A stretch of DNA of 64,000 nt from Methanotrichaceae archaeon (GTDB taxonomy: Archaea; Halobacteriota; Methanosarcinia; Methanotrichales; Methanotrichaceae): assembly GCA_963754945.1 (NCBI GenBank), contig CAVWIG010000031.1, forward strand, positions 1-64,000. Direction: 5' to 3'. Made by a program: the position numbers and the translations under genes. Under the pieces are notes generated by a model. It made no database searches. It saw only the letters and a program-made list of their open reading frames with translations, and was not told the DNA's origin. Shown piece after piece: positions 40,960-49,512 of this stretch (position 1 is the first letter of the stretch; the number at the start of each line of letters is the position of its first letter).

Positions 40960-41723
40960 CTACAATTGAAAGCTACTTAAATAGAGTTAAGCTTTTTCTT
41001 CAGTGGGCAGAAACAGATAAACCATCAACCAACCAGTTTGAGAGCTATCGCGAAGTACTTCGCAAGAAGAACACACTAAGCTCTTACAATAACTGCTGCT
41101 GGTCTATTAAGCACTACTTCGCAATGAATAACCAGGTTGTCACCTTTAAGTGTGTCAAACCTAAGGACACTATTCCTTATTGGTTTGATGAAAATGATAT
41201 CATAAAGATATTTTCAGTAGTAAATAATGTCAAGCACTACGCTATGCTACAAGTGGCCTTCTTTGCCAGCCTGAGAGCAACAGAAGTCTGTGATCTAGAT
41301 ATAGAAGACATCAACCTTCAGGATCTGAGTGTAAGAATCAAGTCTGGTAAAGGTCGCAAACCAGCTCTGCTCTATATAAATGATGAGTGTGCTCAAGCAC
41401 TTCGCCAGTATCTAAGTGTCAGGCAGGAAATAACAATTGACAACAGGAGACCATTATTCACCACAGACTACAACCAGAGATATGATCACAGGAGTTTTTA
41501 TCAGGTATTCATGCGCTACAAGAAGTTAGCTGGCATAGAAAAGAAAGGAGCACTACATGTGTTTGCCAGACACTCATTTGGTAGCCTACTCATCAAACGA
41601 GGTTGCGATATCCTGACAACAAAAGAGTTAATGCGCCACAATGATGTCCACACCACAATGAGGTACTTACATATATCTGATACAGTCAAGCGAGAGAAGT
41701 ATGAAAAATACTTAACTATCTAA
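40848..41723 (+). CDS. Tyrosine recombinase/integrase
   Basis: LRATE (R), GKG (K), HVFARH, MRH and TMRY catalytic set. Confidence 0.95.
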   Translation: MKRIAMAKDWSKKTGQVALQPALRRYQRYLEDHMLAASTIESYLNRVKLFLQWAETDKPSTNQFESYREVLRKKNTLSSYNNCCWSIKHYFAMNNQVVTFKCVKPKDTIPYWFDENDIIKIFSVVNNVKHYAMLQVAFFASLRATEVCDLDIEDINLQDLSVRIKSGKGRKPALLYINDECAQALRQYLSVRQEITIDNRRPLFTTDYNQRYDHRSFYQVFMRYKKLAGIEKKGALHVFARHSFGSLLIKRGCDILTTKELMRHNDVHTTMRYLHISDTVKREKYEKYLTI

Positions 41724-42103
41724 CTCATTTCAAGAACGTCAAATTAGCATGAGAAGTTCTGTCATGTTAGCAGGTTGAGCTACCTGAACCAATAAATTTA
41801 TCTGTAGTTTAAAGAATAATCCTAAACTAAATGAGGGCAATTTTCTTAGTTCAACAAGTAGTTAGTAATATCTGGAGTGTTGTTAGTATAATTTTGGGCC
41901 CTTTGCTGGGTGCCTCTGTTGGTGTGTACTTAGGATTCTGGAAAAATCGTATGCACCAAAAAGAGCAAGATCACGATAAGAAACTGTTTTTATTGAGTTC
42001 TTTAAGACATGATGTAAGGAAAAGCATTGAACTTTTACATGAAAAGCATAGGAAAATAATTCCTGTAGATGCATGGAACTCGATTGTAAACTCAGGTAAC
42101 ATA

Positions 42104-43388
42104 GAGGGTTTCGATTTAGTGTTGGTTAATGAAGCCTTAAATTCTTGCGTTAATATTTTCAATCTTTATAGTGGTTTTTTAGCATATTTCACCCCTAAAT
42201 TGGCTTATTAGATTTCAATTTACCTTGTTGTTTCTAATTTTTGCGCTTTTTTAGAGAGCTTCCGCTAGGCTGTTTGTTTATGCACTAAATATTTCAACTG
42301 TTCCAGGTTGTAAACGACCGAATTCATCATGAATTTTACTCCAGCTCTTGCGACAGTTGTTACATAAACATGTGCTCCCTTATGCCCCCGCTTCATAACA
42401 GCGAAGCATCTTTCGATGTGCGATCGCGTTTTACTGATTCTCTTATTCCTCAGAAGATCTATGATTCCAAGCTTGTGACCTCTTGTAGCTTTTTTCATGG
42501 CTGCATCATATCCTCGAGTTTTTGCACCATCATATCCCTTATCGGCGTAACGTGGTAGCCCTTCAATTCCAAGATCTACCTGACTATCGTGTACAGAAGC
42601 AGTTGTAGTCTCAAAATATCTGATAAGGTGGTAATTGGTATCGATTGAGATATGACCTTTATATCCGAAAAAGGATTTGACACCCTTTTTTGCCCAACTT
42701 CCCTCATTTATTGGCTCTTCTTCGAGTCTCTGTGGTTTGGCCTTGTCATCAATAATATTATTTGAAATACCAATTAGCTCTTTATCAAACTCCTGATTCA
42801 GGCTCGTACTGGTGGCTTCGGAATCTTGACCTTCCTTTTTGTCCCCGCCTTGCTCGTCTTTCTTGTTCCTCTTCCGACCTGGGTCCGAAGTTATGAAGGT
42901 TGCATCCTGGATAGTGCCATTCTTTACAGTAAACCCCATCTCATCGAGCTGCCTTTGAAGCTCATTCCAAAGATCATCGTATACGTCGCACTTAATCAAA
43001 CGTTCACGGAATAGCCAAACTGTGCTGAAATCAGGAATTACTTCAGTGGTGCCAAGGAAAATACGAAAAGAGATCCTATCCGCAACCTGTCGCTCCAGTT
43101 CTGGATCTGTTAGACCAAACCAATGCTGAATTACGAGAGCTTTCACCATAATCACGATGTCAATGTTCGGACGACCTCCGCGGCTAGTTTTATTTTTGTA
43201 TATCAATGGTTCCAAAAATCTGAAACGCTCCCAATTGATCAACGATCCGATCTCGGATAGATCATCTCCGAGGGCTTTTACTCGAGCATATTCTGCTCGA
43301 ATGGCAAAATCAATGAGAGTCCTCATGCATTATATTATAGTATTAATAGTATATAAGTATTTCGATTGATTAGTTTTTCGAAACTCTC
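42104..43388 (-). mobile_element. IS5-family insertion sequence (1285 bp)
   Basis: TIR GAGGGTTTCGA/TCGAAACTCTC; 4-bp duplication CATA. Confidence 0.92.
42265..43326 (-). CDS. IS5-family DDE transposase
   Basis: GGRP, PDFST..FRERL, QDATF, GYKGH, ADKGY and RSHIERCF motifs. Confidence 0.93.
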   Translation of the reverse strand: MRTLIDFAIRAEYARVKALGDDLSEIGSLINWERFRFLEPLIYKNKTSRGGRPNIDIVIMVKALVIQHWFGLTDPELERQVADRISFRIFLGTTEVIPDFSTVWLFRERLIKCDVYDDLWNELQRQLDEMGFTVKNGTIQDATFITSDPGRKRNKKDEQGGDKKEGQDSEATSTSLNQEFDKELIGISNNIIDDKAKPQRLEEEPINEGSWAKKGVKSFFGYKGHISIDTNYHLIRYFETTTASVHDSQVDLGIEGLPRYADKGYDGAKTRGYDAAMKKATRGHKLGIIDLLRNKRISKTRSHIERCFAVMKRGHKGAHVYVTTVARAGVKFMMNSVVYNLEQLKYLVHKQTA

Positions 43389-43859
43389 CATAGTGCTTTT
43401 CAATCATGATCAAGCCATCGTTTTAAGTGATATCTACTTTAAAATACAGAATTATAATTTGGAAGCAAAAAGAACTAGGGATACATTGGAACATTTCGCT
43501 TCACTACCAGATGGGGTACCATTATACCCAGCTGCTTTGCAGGACCAAGCAAAATATGAAAGCGCAAAGGAACGTTTTGAAACGCTCGATAAGGTTTTGA
43601 CGATCCTCACGGAATCACTAGAAAAAGAGTTAATTGAACTTGAAAGCATAAATTGGTTCAAGGACAGATAATGTCTCTTTGAAAGCGTTGCCAAACTTAT
43701 TGACAAACTGATGTGTTCCTGTGGCTAGTTTATATACTAGAGCAAGCTTGATGGCTTGGTAAAAGGTCTGTGGCTTTGCCGTTATCGATCCAAAGTTCGC
43801 TTTTGTATTGTAAGCGAACTTCATTTTTAAGCGTAATTTTATAAAATAATCAATATGGG

Positions 43860-44970
43860 TGCTTGAGCGTGATACACTGTGACATACAAGTACTGAATGC
43901 TGTAACTTATCACTATTCAAACTATATAGATAAAATCGCAAGAATAATAAGGCTATGACACAATGTAGCACACTGAAGTATGAGCAATTATCCCAATTCA
44001 ATACAATTGGTAATATCCCGCAACATGCAACAGTTACAGTGTTCGCAGAAATGATTTTGACAAACCAACAGTAGCCAACAAGAAATAAGCATCTTTCTAA
44101 TCCTCTTGCGAGAGGGAAAGATGCTTTAAGTGACTGCATAGCAGCAAATGACGATCGATCTATCAGTCATGCAATGACAGCTTCCTTCATCCAAGGAAGC
44201 ACGCTAACATACTTAGTTTTCATCAATTTATGCCATACGGGGGTTATTTTTATTAATAATGTTATTTGCTCCATTAATTTGCATCCTGACAGACAAATGG
44301 GGGGGGGGGTAAGTAAGTGTGTGCGACACACTCTAATCTCATTCCCCTCATGGCATTCCCCCGGCTGGTAAACTGAGTTAGAAGGCAGGCGCTGCCTTGC
44401 ATACCCCCCCCCCGCTTGTCAGACAGGTTGCAAATTCAGGTTGTGAATCCAAGTCTGGGATACTGTTGTTGGTTGTTAAATAGAACTAGGAAAGTTTACA
44501 AATTGGTGGAGCACCGGAGTTTTGCAGCTTTAAATGCCAAATATAAAAATAACCCCCGTATGGCAGAAGCGTAAAATAGCCAGCAATTTGTAAAGAATTT
44601 TTACTGCTATCGATTTTATACAATTTCAAAACTAATGGAACAGCAGCAGCTGACCATTTCAGAGATGCAGGACACGCCATTTTTGGGTTTACAGATATTG
44701 AATTTTCGATTTTGTATCGCATCTCTTCTGTACTCCTCTCCTTCTTTAATTACTCTATAGACAACTCTCTTTAGATAATAGATGTATAATAGATACGATA
44801 CAAATGGGGGTGAATCAGTAACGGTGAGGCCAAAATTCGCGTGTCTCGAATGTACCCAATGTGGCGACTGATAGTGTATCGCCTGATTTGGGGTTGCTAA
44901 AATCGGGTCGTCTGATAGCCTACCCCATTTGAGTTGCTCCTTGGAGATTGGGCAGAAAAGAGGCATGAAC
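43860..44970 (+). ncRNA. Candidate large structured RNA or folded ssDNA region
   Basis: Many 8-35-bp stems, including a perfect 23-bp inverted repeat (44231-44253/44543-44565). Most wobbles are G-T on the plus strand. No convincing ORF. Confidence 0.45.
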
Positions 44971-45297
44971 CAAAAGCTTTAAATAGTAGACATTATTATA
45001 CGCTATAGACGATAAAAATTATTAATTTATCCTCTATAGACGATACAATTGTCCATTTGTATTAAGCATTTATATATAATTGGATTTCCGATCGGTGATT
45101 TTCATAAATGGTTGATATTAAAATGAATCGTTATGCCAAAAGGCGATCGGTGGGGTAAAAAGGGCGAAATTATGGTTGTGAAAATTAATATTCATTTGGT
45201 TATTATAAGATTGAATGAATTGAAATAAAAAATGATAAAAAAAGCAAAGAAATGATAAAAAATTTGGTATTTTGTGGCCAATCTTCAATATTCTATC

Positions 45298-45573
45298 TCA
45301 TGGAGATCTACTATGTTTTCGATACTTTTTGATGAGTTCCAAGATTTGTTGTGCCTTTTTTTCCTCTTCTGGCGTATCTGGAGTTTGCTTCAGCCTGCGC
45401 TCATATTCGTTTACCGCCGCATCGATTTCCTCTTGGTTGCCGCTACGTTCAGCAGAATGAATCTTAGCCAAACTAGTGATTATGTCCAAGACGCACAGTG
45501 GTTTAGGTTGACCTTTATCTTCCAACTCGTCTGTTCTTTTCTGCACTTTTTTAATTTCTTCTTCTATTTTCAT
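45298..45573 (-). CDS. Hypothetical helical protein
   Basis: ATGA coupling to the upstream gene. Confidence 0.7.
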   Translation of the reverse strand: MKIEEEIKKVQKRTDELEDKGQPKPLCVLDIITSLAKIHSAERSGNQEEIDAAVNEYERRLKQTPDTPEEEKKAQQILELIKKYRKHSRSP

Positions 45574-45803
45574 GATTTTACACCTTCCATCTTATCCAAC
45601 CTTGTTTTTATCTCTTCCAGGACTGGAGCTAGATCTTCTTTGGTTGCAGTTTCGTATGCTTTCAACCATACACTCGCTATCTGAAATATCTTGCCTGAAT
45701 GTTCAACCTGCTTGCCCTCTTGTATGATATCACTGATGACATCGCCTAAGATTCGCATCAAGTCTTTTGGAGTTTTCAATGTAACTCCTCTCGTTTTTGT
45801 CAT
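45570..45803 (-). CDS. Hypothetical helical protein
   Basis: GGTGAT RBS; C-terminal coiled coil. Confidence 0.75.
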   Translation of the reverse strand: MTKTRGVTLKTPKDLMRILGDVISDIIQEGKQVEHSGKIFQIASVWLKAYETATKEDLAPVLEEIKTRLDKMEGVKS

Positions 45804-45832
45804 TATTAATCACCTTATTTGATTAAGGTCCT

Positions 45833-45899
45833 CTAGTCTAACAATTGCTATGGACCAGCCATTAGTCCATGCCTACGACTTCAGTCGTAGGTTGTTGAC
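45833..45899 (-). repeat. Solo IS200/IS605 end resembling the 5' domain of HEARO/omegaRNA
   Basis: GTCAACAA-CCTACGAC-TGAA-GTCGTAGG-ATGGAC..GTCCAT-TTGTTAGACTAG. Confidence 0.6.
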
Positions 45900-45963
45900 C
45901 TATATACTTTGCGACAGTTTCCATATGCTGTGCTTCATTCACTAATTAGAATAAAAATAAACT

Positions 45964-46149
45964 CTATTCAAGATCCATTCCTGTCATGCTGTCCAAGAGT
46001 CTAATCACCTCTTCTCGCGTATGGTATTTTTCCAAAAAGATATCCAGAACATGGGCATCTGAAATTTGTCTCTCTCTCGTTATTCTTGCAAGCTCATTGT
46101 AATCTATATTAGTCTCTGCTTTACTTATTCTACTTATGATTCCTTTCAT
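45964..46149 (-). CDS. Hypothetical protein
   Basis: GGTGA RBS; part of the operon. Confidence 0.65.
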   Translation of the reverse strand: MKGIISRISKAETNIDYNELARITRERQISDAHVLDIFLEKYHTREEVIRLLDSMTGMDLE

Positions 46150-46155
46150 TATTAT

Positions 46156-46347
46156 TCACCTTACATAATATATTCCTTTGCCATTCATGAGTGCAGAAAT
46201 TTCGTAACGAGTTATGCCAGCTCTGCAATCTGGACTAATCCAAAGATGGCCCAAAGCGTCTGCAAAAGGATGAGCAGGATTATATCCCACTCCATTATAC
46301 TTGCCATTACTATGGGAGCAGCCACAAATGCAGCAAACAATTGCCAT
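46156..46347 (-). CDS. Small Cys-containing hypothetical protein
   Basis: CCICGC motif; operon spacing. Confidence 0.6.
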   Translation of the reverse strand: MAIVCCICGCSHSNGKYNGVGYNPAHPFADALGHLWISPDCRAGITRYEISALMNGKGIYYVR

Positions 46348-46349
46348 GT

Positions 46350-46712
46350 TCAGGTCTCCAAATTTACAAAAGTGCTCAATGTACCATTCATCCCAGGTGC
46401 AGCAGGCTTAACCCAGACTTGGATTGCTGCAAACACTCCCTCAACTGGTATATCCAAAGCCGGAGCACCTGCTGTTAGCGAAAATTCCGGAACTGCTATC
46501 TCACTATACATCCCATTGCCAATATCTCCTCGAATCACAACAAGAAGGTCATTTCCTGTGCACGAAAGTACCAGTTTTTTGCGCTTTGCAATGAGCACAG
46601 GCAAGGAGCAAACTATAGCATATTCATCTTGTACTGTGACAAAATCTGGGATATAGCCCATCTGTGCAAAATGAGAACCTAATATTATGTCTTCTATAGT
46701 CAAGTTACTCAC
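46350..46712 (-). CDS. Hypothetical beta-rich protein
   Basis: Alternating hydrophobic strands; overlaps the upstream gene. Confidence 0.65.
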   Translation of the reverse strand: MSNLTIEDIILGSHFAQMGYIPDFVTVQDEYAIVCSLPVLIAKRKKLVLSCTGNDLLVVIRGDIGNGMYSEIAVPEFSLTAGAPALDIPVEGVFAAIQVWVKPAAPGMNGTLSTFVNLET

Positions 46713-46887
46713 CTTTTGCGTGAATATCCTCTAATCTAACTGACCATGATGCCTTTTTCTTTCCTGCTTTAAACATTGGCACACGCGATTGAACTAATGA
46801 CGCTATCATAGCATCAACATCAATTTCGTGCCATGCTGCTAAATCTACTATTCTTATTATTCCTGAACTTGGTAAAATTGCTGACAT
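46705..46887 (-). CDS. Xis/AlpA-like helix-turn-helix protein
   Basis: RIVDLAAW..VPMFKAG..WSVRLEDI resembles the HTH_17 pattern; GAGGT RBS. Confidence 0.5.
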   Translation of the reverse strand: MSAILPSSGIIRIVDLAAWHEIDVDAMIASLVQSRVPMFKAGKKKASWSVRLEDIHAKGE

Positions 46888-46914
46888 AATTTCAACCTCA
46901 TATTAAAAGAGTAT

Positions 46915-47271
46915 TCAAATGGTATTCAAATAGGTCTCAACAGGATACATCTGGGTATCCAAATAGGTGCTTTTTTCTGAGTTCGTATGATTGGACGTTC
47001 CCCAATGAAAACTCTCAAATGTCTGGTCTAAAATGGCAGAATCTACATCATTGCTAAGATAGGGTAATGTCATGTAGTACTCGCTTGGATTTGTAGTATT
47101 TTTGCGCCGCTCCAACAGGAAACTAATTATCTTGTCATATGGTCTAGACCAAAGATCTGAAGGCCATTGACTGAAGAATCCTGTCCATCCTTTCTTAGAT
47201 ACTCTTAATCTCCATTTTTTTATAATTAGATTCTCATCCAATACTTTCAAAACAAAAACAGTATACATCAT
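46915..47271 (-). CDS. Hypothetical protein
   Basis: 118-aa ORF in the operon. Confidence 0.6.
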   Translation of the reverse strand: MMYTVFVLKVLDENLIIKKWRLRVSKKGWTGFFSQWPSDLWSRPYDKIISFLLERRKNTTNPSEYYMTLPYLSNDVDSAILDQTFESFHWGTSNHTNSEKSTYLDTQMYPVETYLNTI

Positions 47272-47372
47272 AAAAATGTCTCCTTGACTTCCTTGTTCTT
47301 CTTGCTGTTTGGCTGTATTTTCTTAGAATATATATTTCGTATTTTATAATTTTTTCTGCCCAATCTTCTCAT
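47268..47372 (-). CDS. 34-aa highly basic peptide (not in ORF track)
   Basis: MRRLGRKNYKIRNIYSKKIQPNSKKNKEVKETFL; GAGGT RBS; stop overlaps the next ATG (ATGA). Confidence 0.5.
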   Translation of the reverse strand: MRRLGRKNYKIRNIYSKKIQPNSKKNKEVKETFL

Positions 47373-47410
47373 GATAGTTAACCTCTTGCGTTTTTCTAAC
47401 TGCTATTCCT

Positions 47411-47575
47411 GCCGGCCTATTCTAACGAGAAAGGCCGGCTTGGAACCTATCCTCACTGTGAGGCAGTGATGCAGATCCTGGTATTTGCCCACCTCAGAGG
47501 TTCCATAATTAACTACCTCACCGTGAGGTAGTTTTCCCGTTGCTGGTTAGCGTCACTGTGGCGCTCCGGCTGGGA
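47411..47575 (+). ncRNA. Candidate structured RNA or ssDNA multi-hairpin
   Basis: Four consecutive domains including a three-way junction; three G-T wobbles all on the plus strand. Confidence 0.5.
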
Positions 47576-47803
47576 TGATGCCTCAGGAACTCGTGTAGTG
47601 ACCAAGGCTAGACTTTAATTTATTTAAGCTACAATATATTTCCTTGCTAGATATTTTGGGCCTTAAAACTCACTACAATGGCTCCTCTCATTCTCATAAA
47701 GTATAAGAAAGCAAGCCTTATCTGGTATGCTTAGTGTCAATCGCTATCTGCTGGAGCTTCATAACACTATATCAGTGCAAGAATATGATGCGCGTGTGCT
47801 ACA

Positions 47804-48034
47804 CTATGCCATAGTCCTGAGCGATATCAACCATCCTGTTTTGCCTCCTGGAAGACCTCTCATAGGCATCATATATATAGTTCCATGAATATACATTTCT
47901 TCCAATACTTTATCTAAGTCAGTGCCTAAAACATGTAGTTTCCTCTGGAGTGATCGCTTGGTTAGCTGGTGTCCTGGAGCTTCATCTAGAAGTTCAAAAA
48001 TATCAAAATTAGTTGTCACATTTTCACCTTTCAT
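47804..48034 (-). CDS. Winged-helix DNA-binding protein
   Basis: LTKRSLQRKL..DLDKVLEEM..GTI..GGKTGWLISL pattern. Confidence 0.6.
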   Translation of the reverse strand: MKGENVTTNFDIFELLDEAPGHQLTKRSLQRKLHVLGTDLDKVLEEMYIHGTIYMMPMRGLPGGKTGWLISLRTMA

Positions 48035-48267
48035 TACCGTAGTAGTTTAATTTAAATGTCCCCATGCTTGGTTCCTATTTTCTCGTGTTCAAATTAGATG
48101 TCACAACATTCAATCTCACCAAAAACGTTGCAAATGCATATAGAGCATCGACCAATTCTCTTACGAGAGGGTCGATGCTTTTAAGCGACTGCATAGCAGC
48201 AGATGACGATGAATGCATCCATCCTGTCCTGTTGGACATCCTTCCACTGCGAGTGAAGGATGTATAC

Positions 48268-49143
48268 TCAATCTGGAAGTAGTATCAACTTCTTATGATT
48301 GTAGCTACACAAGACATTTGACTTCTTCCTCTTGCCGTCTGCTATACCTTTGGCAACAGTTGCCTTGCATTTATCATGACTCAAACCCACTGACTGACCA
48401 GCTAACTCCAATTCCATTGTGGCAGAATTTTCATTTATATGATCAATTATCATACCAACCTTGAATGATTTAGTGATCAGCGTCTGAGTTCTGTTACCTT
48501 TATGAGATGACCTGATATCTGATAGTGCATTCCTTAAACACGTTTTTCCATAATTGCACTCATGGGATTCATACTGTCTGACAAACGGGGGGGGAGTGTT
48601 ATGCTGCGACGGCGCAGCTTTATAAAATTGTGCTAATACTCCGGTCCCGTCTGAGATTGCTGTGTTATAACCTGGTAGTGGGAGCCCTGTAAATGTTACG
48701 AAATTGTTACCGGGTGTTATGATTTCTAATGATTGATCATCACCAATTACTGTATTGAGTTTTTTGCAGTCAGGTAGATATGCCTTGCAAATTGCATGTA
48801 TGCCGTTCATTGAAGGCGAGTACTCACAATAAGCATTAAGGTCACTGACTATTGAACTAGCAGCAGGATTCAGGTCACCATTTTGATCAAAACAATCATC
48901 AAGATCTATCACAACGTAAGGTCTTTGGACTATAAATCCAATTCCTGCTAAACCTGGAGTGTGTTTCTGAAGTCCTGCTGCTCCATCAAATGTCATAAAT
49001 AAAGAATGGTCACTCCATTTGGCGTATCGCTTACCATCTAAACTGGGTTTCTTTCCTCCAGTGGTTCCTTTCATCCACGGTATCCAAATCTTTAAATCTT
49101 TAAGTTCTACCAGATATTCACTAAGTTTTATATTATTAAACAT
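48268..49143 (-). CDS. AEP-family primase-polymerase (Prim-Pol)
   Basis: GIGF, VIDLDD and EYSPSMNGIH motifs; helical PriCT-like C-terminus. Confidence 0.85.
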   Translation of the reverse strand: MFNNIKLSEYLVELKDLKIWIPWMKGTTGGKKPSLDGKRYAKWSDHSLFMTFDGAAGLQKHTPGLAGIGFIVQRPYVVIDLDDCFDQNGDLNPAASSIVSDLNAYCEYSPSMNGIHAICKAYLPDCKKLNTVIGDDQSLEIITPGNNFVTFTGLPLPGYNTAISDGTGVLAQFYKAAPSQHNTPPPFVRQYESHECNYGKTCLRNALSDIRSSHKGNRTQTLITKSFKVGMIIDHINENSATMELELAGQSVGLSHDKCKATVAKGIADGKRKKSNVLCSYNHKKLILLPD

Positions 49144-49280
49144 ATTTTGGGTCTCCTTGTTTTAAACTAAGTTAATGACTATGCTCAGCCTGTTGGCTTC
49201 GCTTTGGTTCAGACTGCTCCGTAGCAGGCTTCTATCACCCCCCCCGTTTGTCTGATGGGGTTGCGACATTTGGAGTGGGG

Positions 49281-49504
49281 AGTTACACTTATGTTACATT
49301 TGAGGTTACACTTTGAGTTGTGCTCACTGGTATTGAAAGTTACGGTTGTTACAATATTTTCCTGGTTTTGTGTTTCTTTCCTATAGATTATTTTTTGTAA
49401 AGATAATATTTTTGATTAAAAAGTGTAACAAGTGTAACTTTAGGTATGCAGAGGCTGTTTTCAATGTGTAACTTAAGTGTAACTTAAGTGTAACAAGTGT
49501 AACT
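49281..49504. other. Putative iteron origin of replication
   Basis: Five GTTAC(A) copies, an AT-rich spacer, then six inverted (A)GTGTAAC copies, directly after the helicase stop. Confidence 0.8.
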
Positions 49505-49512
49505 TTCATTGC

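Larger units (their letters stand above)
41831..43671 (+). pseudogene. Membrane-anchored hypothetical protein interrupted by IS5
   Basis: Removing the IS and one CATA restores VNSGNI-VLFNHDQ in frame; N-terminal TM segment. Confidence 0.85.

Noticed and set aside
44087-44200. Group I intron core or a conserved MQSLK peptide
   Set aside because: The P7-like pairing is not kept in copy B, and the two antisense ORFs change frame after five codons.
44231-44565. MITE defined by the 23-bp inverted repeat
   Set aside because: No target-site duplication, and pairing extends beyond the repeat.
43630-44966. ORFs 43630-44139, 44174-44371, 44486-44722 and 44616-44966
   Set aside because: Atypical composition, mutual overlap and no motifs. 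One short real ORF cannot be excluded.
49281-49504. CRISPR array
   Set aside because: The repeats are about 9 bp, inverted and lack unique spacers. No CRISPR array or cas gene was seen in the window.
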